Source: Myxococcota bacterium (lineage in GTDB: Bacteria > Myxococcota_A > Bradymonadia > UBA7976 > UBA1532). Taken from it: a stretch of 64,000 nt of DNA. Made by a program: the position numbers and the translations under genes. This document shows positions 9,915 to 18,150 of this stretch, piece after piece. The notes below the pieces were generated by a model, which saw only the letters and a program-made list of their open reading frames with translations, made no database searches and was not told where the DNA came from. The DNA is taken from the NCBI GenBank assembly GCA_036337435.1, contig JAYZEG010000008.1, positions 1 to 64,000 of the forward strand. Direction: 5' to 3'. The first letter of the stretch is position 1; each line of letters opens with the position of its first letter.

Positions 9915-12900
9915 CTACTCAGCACGCTCGGGCATTGCCATGCCGGCGCGCCCATCAGCCAACTCGACCAGCTCAGTATCACAGCCTGCGCCGTCGACCA
10001 CTTTAAGAGTCCCCCGACCTTCTTCTCGGTCTATCGCGTATGCAATGACAGGATTTGAGGGTGCTCCTCCGAAACCACTGTCGAGATAAATAATTGGGTC
10101 CACGCTGACAACCAACTCGGAAGAGCGTCGCCGAAGCTGTGCGATACGACGCCAGCGCTTGAATTCTGTGTATTTTACTTTTTGCACCCCGTCGACGGAA
10201 TCGTCGTAATACAGCATATGAACAACATCACCGATGACAACGAGACTTGATGTGCGTATCTCTGAAGCCTCGAAACGACCCACGGATCGCCATTCTAAAG
10301 GCCCGACGTTCATGTCGTCATCAAGACTATAGCTCGCGTGAAATAAGCGAGGGTTTGCGTCCACGTCACCCAACACGCCGTTGAAGACAGCCGATACGGC
10401 AAGTTTGGTGGTATCCCCCCTCGTAAGGCCGAGGCTAAGCTGGGTCGCTTCAACCGGCTGGAACGCCAGGCCGCCGATTTCGGTCTCCGTATCGGTCCCA
10501 AACAACTCACATTGCATGTCCCCATTAAATGGAAACAACGTCAACCGCGACGCTCGCTCTGCAATATTTTGATTGGCCCCCGGATTGTTCGCCAATTGTT
10601 CTCTAAAATCAAAACCAGTGCCGATGACACCTTCGGCCATTTCATTGTCTGACGCGATCAGTGCCAGCCCAACACTCACAGGATAACGCTCCACATCTTC
10701 TGGCGCGATGTCTAAACGGGCGTATTTAGACCCTTGTAGCGGATCCCCGTCCGCTGCCAGCTCGCACTGCTGGCCCTGCCTTGGCCTAAGCGAAAGGTCT
10801 ACGTTGCCGAGTCCGGCCTCCGCTCTTTCCCGCAGCTGTTGTAATGGCAACTCGACAACGCGAAGGTCCGCCCGGACATCGGGGTCAACTGAGTAGGTGC
10901 CCACTAAAATCAACTTGCCGCCGGCGACCCGATGGGTTTTGACTGTAAAGCCCTCAAAATAAGTAGCTGCCGGCATGTAATCGGCGGTTTGGTTAAGGTC
11001 CATTGCCTCCGGCATGGTCACCCAGACTAGATCGAGCTGTGCCAATTGACCATCGGTGCCTTCACTTTGGGCGAGTAGAACATAGGCATTGTCGGCTACG
11101 TGGTAGAAACCCAGTAAACCATGAACGCCCACTTGCCCGTACCGGGTCAATGGGACACGGTTTACACGACCATCGGTGTAGGCGAACTCAATATCACCAC
11201 TTAAATTAGCACTGGCAAGCAACGGTTCCCCAGTCTGGCTGCCCTGAACGATCACACGACTGATCTGGCCATTAAAAAGGTCTCGTTCATCCCTCCATTG
11301 CACTTCATCCGCCTTGCCGTCACAGGTGTTATCCAATCCATCGCAATGTTCAGCTAAAGGCTCGCAGCCTCCGCATAAATTTTGGGTCTCTTCGGGACAA
11401 GGGTCTGGAACCGTCGGACTGACTCCGGGTACATCGTTGAACTGAATCCCATTATCTTCGATAAGTTCCGCCTGGCTATCGAAAAAGATACACCCATCAG
11501 CACCAGCCGACGCGATAAGCCCACGTTCGCGTAGACCACCAACGCGATTGCCAAAACCCGCGACATTGACCATGCAATTGCCCTGTATGGCGAGGTCTAC
11601 CGCATCCCGACTGGCGACAGTGTTGCCAACCAAAAGGACTTCTCCAACGCCCTGGTAGAATTGTTTGCGGCGCGTAGCACCACCGATTACAGCGGCAGCG
11701 GAATTAAGCCGGCCGCCGCCCGCTCGTCCGCCGGTCACTCTGTTTAAGGCAAGAGCACCGAATTGCCCAAACCCAACGTAGCCCCAGGCACCATCCAATC
11801 GACTGTCCACCACGTCGACGGCTGAGTCGACAATCACGAGACCTGCTCGGTCTGCGCCCTCAACAGCTGCATTTAAGATGGGCATTGTACGGTCCACGTA
11901 GGGCGCTTCATTACTTATCAAGCCGACCGAACTCACCTTAATCCCGATATCAACCCCACCCTGCACTCGAACATCTTTCAACTGTGACAGCGACACAAAG
12001 CTTGTGCCCGGCGATTGAATTGACGCCGAAGAAGACTGTTTCACAAGGACGCCAACCCTTGCATCCTCCAGCAAATCGCGAAAATTTGGATTTGCATTTT
12101 CCCCATGCCCATCGATGACAGGTTCAACCGAAAGAGCACCGGCCAAACTCGAACCTGCCGCAGCATGAGGTCGATTTTGCTGTTGTTCAGCCCCTGTCGA
12201 TGCAGCCTCATTGTCTGCAAGGGCCCCCCCGTCAACATCAATTCCATCGATAACGACGGGATGACCACTCAATTCAACGCCGCTGCCCGTAAAGCCTGAA
12301 AACGTGCTCGCTGAGAGGCTTTGCTGAGCCCAGCTATGCAATGACTCCTCTGGCAGAGCATCAGGGGACGAGGTCACCAAACCGTCGGGTAGCGGCCTAA
12401 AACTCGGCAACTCTGCATTGATTCGACTGGGCAACCATTCTCCCATTGGATAGCCCCCACTAAGTGTCTGCCATTCCCCCATTGGATACCACTCGCCCAT
12501 TGGGTACCACTCGCCCATCGGGTACCACTCGCCCATCGGGTAGACCTGAGGGTTCTCAGGGTCGTGTCGCATGCGGAAGACATTTGGTCTCTCGGACCAG
12601 GCTTCTGTCGGCGTAGGCCAATCCCATCCCGCCCCGATCCGCAATGAATCCCAATCGGCTTCCGGAAACACCAGGTCATCGTCAGTGTGCCCAAGACGGT
12701 TAAATTCAATGCCTACACGACAGCCCTGAGTACGAATACCGCTTAAGTGTCCACGCGAACTCAGACTTTTGACACAGGCACCACCTGCCTGATTCACGCT
12801 TAAGTTCGAGACTTTCCCAAAACTCTGACGCAACATGGCACCCGTCGCTTGCCTCGCATCGTCGTGGCCACTCACATCGTCAACACGAACGCGGTGGAGG

Positions 12901-13841
12901 CCATAAGCACTGTGGTTCAATTCAAACCCTGCGCCGATTAAATTGGAAAACTCAACGTCCTCCAAGACGACAAAGTTTGCGTAGGGACAAACAGGCGAAA
13001 TAAGACACTCGTCATCATCGTCTTCGTGGAAAGTCGCCACCAAACCGGCCCCTCCGTGGTCAGCAACAGTGCTTTTAAAAAAAGCGATACCGGAGCCACT
13101 CACCGATACCAATGGGTTGGGATTCTCTTCATGCCCGACGACCTCAGTGCGTATGAAACCCGCCGTGTTTACCCCGTGAAGGGACAGTGCTGGGTGGGTA
13201 CCCAAGCTTTTTAAACTCACACTGTACGCATGCAATTGACTCAGCCCATTGGCCTCGACGCCAATATGATTGCTACGAATCGTCAACCACCCCAACCACA
13301 CCTGCGCAGACGCAACTCCGTTGGCAAAGAGAGCCGGTTCGTCTCCGCCATTGATTTGGGTCAGATCGGTGCCTGCACCGTAAACAGCGAGGTCGTTTCG
13401 GACGACGATTGGACCCGCATACTGACCTGGGGCAACAAAAATTACGGCCGACCGGTCAGCGATGAAACTCATGGCCGCCGGTAAGTCACGAAACGGCGCA
13501 TCCAGGCTACCCACTCCACCTACATCGGCCGTCTCATCGACATACACCACGACTTGTTCTCTAAGATTCGCCCCCGCGTGCGCTGGAGTGCGAAAGCGAC
13601 GGACGACGTCATTTCGGTCAGGCCCGAGCAAGCTACTGGGGTTCGCACCTGTAGCGACCCGTTCATCGCCCATGTCTGCTCCGCCTTGGTCTGATACGAA
13701 AAGGTCACTCACCCCCCCATCCGAGGCATTCACAACAAGACTGCCGTCATCCATGTCGGAAACGACTGGGGATTGTCCGGAGTCATCGGCTCCGCAGCCG
13801 ATACTCATGAGCAGAGCAAATAAAGAGCAAAACAATCGCAT
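9915..13841 (-). CDS. Large secreted lipoprotein: DUF1565-like start, right-handed beta-helix, YPMGEW repeats, MopE-like metal-binding motif, beta-rich C-terminus
   Basis: Lipobox SIG-C; VYVD...GSLDAPF...IFVAPGQY; Gly/Val/Asn beta-helix pattern; EHCDGLDNTCDGKADE at about 11304-11351. Confidence 0.8.
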   Translation of the reverse strand: MRLFCSLFALLMSIGCGADDSGQSPVVSDMDDGSLVVNASDGGVSDLFVSDQGGADMGDERVATGANPSSLLGPDRNDVVRRFRTPAHAGANLREQVVVYVDETADVGGVGSLDAPFRDLPAAMSFIADRSAVIFVAPGQYAGPIVVRNDLAVYGAGTDLTQINGGDEPALFANGVASAQVWLGWLTIRSNHIGVEANGLSQLHAYSVSLKSLGTHPALSLHGVNTAGFIRTEVVGHEENPNPLVSVSGSGIAFFKSTVADHGGAGLVATFHEDDDDECLISPVCPYANFVVLEDVEFSNLIGAGFELNHSAYGLHRVRVDDVSGHDDARQATGAMLRQSFGKVSNLSVNQAGGACVKSLSSRGHLSGIRTQGCRVGIEFNRLGHTDDDLVFPEADWDSLRIGAGWDWPTPTEAWSERPNVFRMRHDPENPQVYPMGEWYPMGEWYPMGEWYPMGEWQTLSGGYPMGEWLPSRINAELPSFRPLPDGLVTSSPDALPEESLHSWAQQSLSASTFSGFTGSGVELSGHPVVIDGIDVDGGALADNEAASTGAEQQQNRPHAAAGSSLAGALSVEPVIDGHGENANPNFRDLLEDARVGVLVKQSSSASIQSPGTSFVSLSQLKDVRVQGGVDIGIKVSSVGLISNEAPYVDRTMPILNAAVEGADRAGLVIVDSAVDVVDSRLDGAWGYVGFGQFGALALNRVTGGRAGGGRLNSAAAVIGGATRRKQFYQGVGEVLLVGNTVASRDAVDLAIQGNCMVNVAGFGNRVGGLRERGLIASAGADGCIFFDSQAELIEDNGIQFNDVPGVSPTVPDPCPEETQNLCGGCEPLAEHCDGLDNTCDGKADEVQWRDERDLFNGQISRVIVQGSQTGEPLLASANLSGDIEFAYTDGRVNRVPLTRYGQVGVHGLLGFYHVADNAYVLLAQSEGTDGQLAQLDLVWVTMPEAMDLNQTADYMPAATYFEGFTVKTHRVAGGKLILVGTYSVDPDVRADLRVVELPLQQLRERAEAGLGNVDLSLRPRQGQQCELAADGDPLQGSKYARLDIAPEDVERYPVSVGLALIASDNEMAEGVIGTGFDFREQLANNPGANQNIAERASRLTLFPFNGDMQCELFGTDTETEIGGLAFQPVEATQLSLGLTRGDTTKLAVSAVFNGVLGDVDANPRLFHASYSLDDDMNVGPLEWRSVGRFEASEIRTSSLVVIGDVVHMLYYDDSVDGVQKVKYTEFKRWRRIAQLRRRSSELVVSVDPIIYLDSGFGGAPSNPVIAYAIDREEGRGTLKVVDGAGCDTELVELADGRAGMAMPERAE
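12435..12542 (-). repeat. In-frame 18-bp tandem repeat encoding YPMGEW (4 tandem copies + 1 after a QTLSGG spacer)
   Basis: Copies at 12525-12542, 12507-12524, 12489-12506, 12471-12488 and 12435-12452; all differences between copies are synonymous. Confidence 0.95.
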
Positions 13842-14210
13842 AAGGGGTGCCTCAAAAGCGGTTATGTTCAGTGCTGACGTAGATTGAACGCTTCCGTTCG
13901 AACGTCACCCACAAACTATACAGTGAGATGCGTGATGATAACCACATAAAGCACGCGATATTTAGCCATGGGTGGCGTCGGGGGGCGGCTTACGCGGTGC
14001 AGAGTACCGACCGATCCTTTGACTGAATAGAGAGAGCTCTAAGCGCGAATGCCAATAGGGATTGACGAAGGGTCGGATACTCAATCAACCCGTACAACCC
14101 CATTCGAAATAGAACCCAGTCCGATACATGAATATATTTTTGATGGCCGGGCCGGTGCATTATCCCGCAACACCATGGTTGGTGTTCCAGGACTCTCGGC
14201 CAAGGGAAGG

Positions 14211-14241
14211 AAAACCCTCTGACGGGCACCGCCCGCCAGAG
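14211..14241 (-). terminator. Putative intrinsic terminator of the small Cys-rich peptide gene
   Basis: Minus strand CTCTGGCGGGC-GGT-GCCCGTCAGAG (11-bp stem, one G-U) then GGTTTT; preceded by a second hairpin TGTGTCAG/CTGACACA (14246-14269). Confidence 0.65.
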
Positions 14242-14275
14242 AGAGTGTGTCAGTTCGGGGGCTGACACAAATAGC

Positions 14276-14479
14276 TTATTTCTTTTTGTGCTCTTTCTTG
14301 TGGTCGGCAGCGCATTTTGTCATGCACTCTTTGTCTTTAGATGCCTTGCACTTCGCTGCGCAATCTTTCTTCAAGACCTTTTCAGCGCCGGTCCCGCAAC
14401 CGCCGCAGTGTGCATAAACTGATGTACTCATCGCCATTGCAAATGCAACGGTCGCCAAAACCGAAATTAACTTCTTCAT
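14276..14479 (-). CDS. Small secreted Cys/His/Lys-rich peptide (predicted mature N-terminus HCGGCG)
   Basis: SD GAGGAG; Sec signal peptide ending VYA; 6 Cys; own downstream terminator. Confidence 0.85.
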   Translation of the reverse strand: MKKLISVLATVAFAMAMSTSVYAHCGGCGTGAEKVLKKDCAAKCKASKDKECMTKCAADHKKEHKKK

Positions 14480-14630
14480 AATGTCTCCTCTACTTGCACC
14501 CTTATGAGTCTAGGGCGGTCTATGTTGTTACACAAAAACGTACGCGGAGCATACGCTATCGATGATCGTTCGCCAAGTGTTCGGGAAGCGCGTCGATAAG
14601 CAGGCACTCAGTTAATCGCGATTCACTGTG

Positions 14631-15536
14631 TCACGTTAAATCCCTAAAACTGGATTGGGCCTTTGATTCTCCTGAATAGCCCCCTGTCCGCCAAGCGACC
14701 AGGTCTCCGCCGATGACGACAGACGTCAGACCAACAAGAGCACCCAGGGCGGCCATCGCAAAGATTTTTATGTCCGACGAGTCATCATTCCCGCCCATGT
14801 AACCGCCGACCGTCAGAGCTAACGACGAAAGCCCCCATAACACGCCGTGAAAAGCGCCGACACGTACCGCCAATTTCAACACCCAATGTCGTTTTAACCC
14901 GATGCCATCTCGTCTGCGGCTTAGCCAAAAAAACAAAACAGCCCCCGCGAGCGCGCCAAAGCTCGAACTCACCGGCCCGACGTAACCCAACAGGCCGATT
15001 TGTAGACCCCCAACGACCAATAGACTGAAAGCAATAAACAGCGCCAGGACCAGCACTTCCCGAAATGATGGTGCACTCCCACCAGTCAACTGCCGAAAGC
15101 TACGGTCGACGACTTTGGCCAGGCGTGGTTCCCCATACATGCTCCCGATGATTTCTCTCGCTCGAGGCGATGAGGGGGGTGGCCATGCTTCATTTAACTT
15201 CATCAAACGCCTCGATTGAAGGTCACACAGATAATCTGTCACGCCATCGGTCAACACGATTTGGAGTGAATATTGTTGTGCACCCGCTTCCGGTGACATT
15301 CTGACAATGTCTCCGTGATAGATCCGTTTCTGATGCAGCTGCCGCCGCAATTGTACAACTTCACGGTCGTAAGCAATTGGATCCCCCGACCAGCCATACC
15401 CGTCTTTAGAAAAAAGAACAGTATCGCCGTATTCGCGCGAGTACCCGACCATCTTTCCGTCGTGATGTAGACGAGTCCATGGCTGCATCGCATGCACGTC
15501 GTACGGGTGTTGTCCCGGCGGAGAACTATTGGTCAT
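14631..15536 (-). CDS. YopX-like domain fused to a multi-TM membrane domain
   Basis: RIYHGDIV and EIIGSMYGEP resemble YopX IYEGDIV / EVIGNIYENP; about 4 hydrophobic helices in the C-terminal half. Confidence 0.65.
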   Translation of the reverse strand: MTNSSPPGQHPYDVHAMQPWTRLHHDGKMVGYSREYGDTVLFSKDGYGWSGDPIAYDREVVQLRRQLHQKRIYHGDIVRMSPEAGAQQYSLQIVLTDGVTDYLCDLQSRRLMKLNEAWPPPSSPRAREIIGSMYGEPRLAKVVDRSFRQLTGGSAPSFREVLVLALFIAFSLLVVGGLQIGLLGYVGPVSSSFGALAGAVLFFWLSRRRDGIGLKRHWVLKLAVRVGAFHGVLWGLSSLALTVGGYMGGNDDSSDIKIFAMAALGALVGLTSVVIGGDLVAWRTGGYSGESKAQSSFRDLT

Positions 15537-16230
15537 AAGAAGGAAGTCCTGAGAAGCACTCGATACATAGATACTCAGACTAGGTTAGCCGTTACCACCC
15601 GCCATAGGTTTAACAGAAAAGGCAGCTTGTGCCTCCGATCCGCGAGGCTAGCGATCTCACATTGCCGTCCCTGCCCAAATCAATCCATTGTGGCCAATTT
15701 CGTAAGGACGGGAGAACGGGGATAGGATCACCAATCGAGAGACAAATCCACTTGAGTAAGCTTGCAAGAGATTTTAGGCCAAGCAAGACGTGTAGACCTA
15801 AGGACATCCCGGACCATCCAAAAAAGGGATGAATAAAAGGCAAACACGCAATCAGAATTTGTACAGAGCCCACCAAAACGCTTCGTATTTCGATTCCCAC
15901 TATGTCTGCTGGCATGGCCACAGCGGTGCCAAGTGCAGGCGTTATATGAACCCTCGGGGCCATTGACATGACCTCGAAAGTCTTGATCCGCCCTGATGCC
16001 CCAAGTGGTCGACCTGAGTTGGAGCTCGGGCGTCATTGTCGTCAGTGCTGGAGTACACGGTTGAGCGCCGGTCAACGCTGACCAGCCTGGGCTAGATCTA
16101 AGCTATGAAAAGTGAGCGCGAGATACGGCTCAAGGAGGCCATCACGATTCCTGTTGAATTTAGAGCTCCCTTCACGCACTACCATAAAACTGGGGATTTA
16201 TCTCGCAGACATCGAGAGGTTGATTAAGTT

Positions 16231-17097
16231 ATGCGTAATGCGTCCATTCTTCTGGTCCTGTCAGTTTGTGTGCTCAACGTCTGCTATGCGGATCGGAACT
16301 GGCCTCACGGTGAGGTGACCCGAGCGGAGGCACTTGTCTTCAACTTGGACTCCAGTCAGACTATGCGCAAACACATATATGATGGGCGGCACCTAGCGCC
16401 AACAGCCATCCCGAAGTTTTATCCTCTCGACGACAATCAACTCAAAGCCATAATGCGCTGGGTCGAGGCAGACGACGGTTTGCTTGAGAGGGGCTTATCC
16501 AAGTGTTTTGTCCCTCGCCATGGCTTTCTCTTTTACAATAAAAAAAACCAGGTGATCGCCTCACTCTCCGTTTGTTTCGAGTGCGAGGCGTTTCGTCGGT
16601 ACCCCGATATTAAAAAGGTCGTCGCCCCCCTTCGCCCCACGCCGTCCACGATAAAGGCGGCGATGGGTCGCTTACACGATCTGAAGGTGCTCACAGAGCA
16701 GATGGGCCTGCCTCACTTCAAGGCACCCTATAGAGCCAGCCGAGACCCCAACCATCAAGACATTACCAGTCAGCTCAGTGCGAAGATCATTGCAAGCAGA
16801 CAAGAGCTACAAGCCTGCTTAGGTTCAAACGATACTCTAGTGCCCCATGATGCGACTGTGGTTTGGTCCGCTGGTGCGACGACGGTCACACTCAGCCCGG
16901 CATCGGAGGCTGGCCGACGGTTAGACAAACTCGAGCGTCGTTGTCTCGTCAACCAACTCCAGGTTTTGGCAGGAGCTGTCTATCAACACCCGTTTTTACC
17001 GACCACCACCAGAATCACACTGACAGACGTATTCCCTTCGAAGTCGCATCGACCAGGTCTACCAGCAAACTCTCCGTCTAGTCCAGGCGGCCCGTAA
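16231..17097 (+). CDS. Secreted hypothetical protein with CFxPRH...CFEC motif
   Basis: SD GAGG; signal peptide ending CYA; KCFVPRHG and SVCFECE. Confidence 0.7.
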   Translation: MRNASILLVLSVCVLNVCYADRNWPHGEVTRAEALVFNLDSSQTMRKHIYDGRHLAPTAIPKFYPLDDNQLKAIMRWVEADDGLLERGLSKCFVPRHGFLFYNKKNQVIASLSVCFECEAFRRYPDIKKVVAPLRPTPSTIKAAMGRLHDLKVLTEQMGLPHFKAPYRASRDPNHQDITSQLSAKIIASRQELQACLGSNDTLVPHDATVVWSAGATTVTLSPASEAGRRLDKLERRCLVNQLQVLAGAVYQHPFLPTTTRITLTDVFPSKSHRPGLPANSPSSPGGP

Positions 17098-17111
17098 GCA
17101 AGCGCCTACTA

Positions 17112-18092
17112 TTAATCGGCAACCGGCCAATGGAACCAGAGGGTAAAACATTGTTCAGAGACGTCCACACCAAACAGCTTCTCATCGAGTGCTCGTTGAG
17201 TGGACCAGGCATAAGCGCGCGAAGCAAAGTCAGCAACGACCTGAAGACCGATACCCGACCCCGTGGTGGAATAATTCGTCGTGAACAGGGGCGAATAATC
17301 ACCTGAGAATTTATTGTTCAAAACGGCACATTGCTCTGGACTGATGGGATTTGAGACCACGACTCGTAGATGTTGAGGATCCCGTTGACTATCCGTGTGC
17401 ATCGACAACGAGACGCGCTGACCATCACCGTCCAGCTCTCTCATGGCGTTGTTCATGCAGTTGTATAGGACTCGGTCCAGCGCCGAAAACTCGATGCAGC
17501 TTTCGGCGATGGCACCGTCGTATTCACAAAAAACGGCAACATCGCTTTCAAGCCGGCGCCATTTGTCTACGAGCAGCCGTACGGAGTGACTTTTTAACGC
17601 GACATCGGCTTTGTATTTGTCGCGATCGATGTCCGGGAAGCTATTGCGCATAATTTTGCAAACATCACGGGCGAGGAGAAAAACACGTGTTGGGTCAACA
17701 TCGTCTAGACGTCCGAGGGAGACCAAACTTAGGTCGAGCGCGAGTGAAGTCATGGGACCACCGCGCATGTCGTGAACGACTTTGCGCAAGGTTGAATTAG
17801 AGCCGAACTCGGCATAGGTATCCGGTCCGATGGCCGCCACATCACGCCTCAGTTGATTCCACGAGGTTTCCTGTAACCAACCCACCAGGGACTTAAAACT
17901 CGTATCTCGGTCTGTCACCGCCCAATCTTGCAAGCCCACCAATCGCAACACGGCCTCGTATAAATTAACGACGGCATCGCGGTCGTTTGAGGCAAGACGC
18001 TCGATGGACCACTGTAAACCGTCGCCACCATAACGCTGCTTTGGAAGATGGTTCGGCCAACGGGCCAAGCTCGCGCTCGTCGAGACATTCAT
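17112..18092 (-). CDS. Soluble atypical histidine kinase (H-box + HATPase_c), no recognisable sensor or TM domain
   Basis: H-box VVHDMRGG, N-box LYNCMNNAMR, G2-like FTTNYSTTGSGIGL; G1 box degenerate (VSNP). Start moved to ATG 18092 to avoid overlap with the upstream cryptochrome. Confidence 0.75.
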   Translation of the reverse strand: MNVSTSASLARWPNHLPKQRYGGDGLQWSIERLASNDRDAVVNLYEAVLRLVGLQDWAVTDRDTSFKSLVGWLQETSWNQLRRDVAAIGPDTYAEFGSNSTLRKVVHDMRGGPMTSLALDLSLVSLGRLDDVDPTRVFLLARDVCKIMRNSFPDIDRDKYKADVALKSHSVRLLVDKWRRLESDVAVFCEYDGAIAESCIEFSALDRVLYNCMNNAMRELDGDGQRVSLSMHTDSQRDPQHLRVVVSNPISPEQCAVLNNKFSGDYSPLFTTNYSTTGSGIGLQVVADFASRAYAWSTQRALDEKLFGVDVSEQCFTLWFHWPVAD

Positions 18093-18150
18093 GGGTATCC
18101 AACTCCAATCGAATTTAAGGGCCTGAAGGGGTCTGCCGGTGCGATGCGTC

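Noticed and set aside
12435..12542. 18-bp repeats as a CRISPR array or non-coding VNTR
   Set aside because: The units abut without unique spacers, are in frame in a long CDS and vary only synonymously; no cas genes are present.
15537..16230. Short ORFs 15610..15969(-) and 15728..16075(-) in a 690-bp gap
   Set aside because: They overlap each other and have no recognisable motifs or convincing SD; left unassigned. A small gene or RNA cannot be excluded.
18013..18040. Another TGTAAACC (also at about 11159-11166 minus strand, and GTAAACC near 41121)
   Set aside because: All lie inside coding sequence and lack CGTC at the 16-nt spacing.
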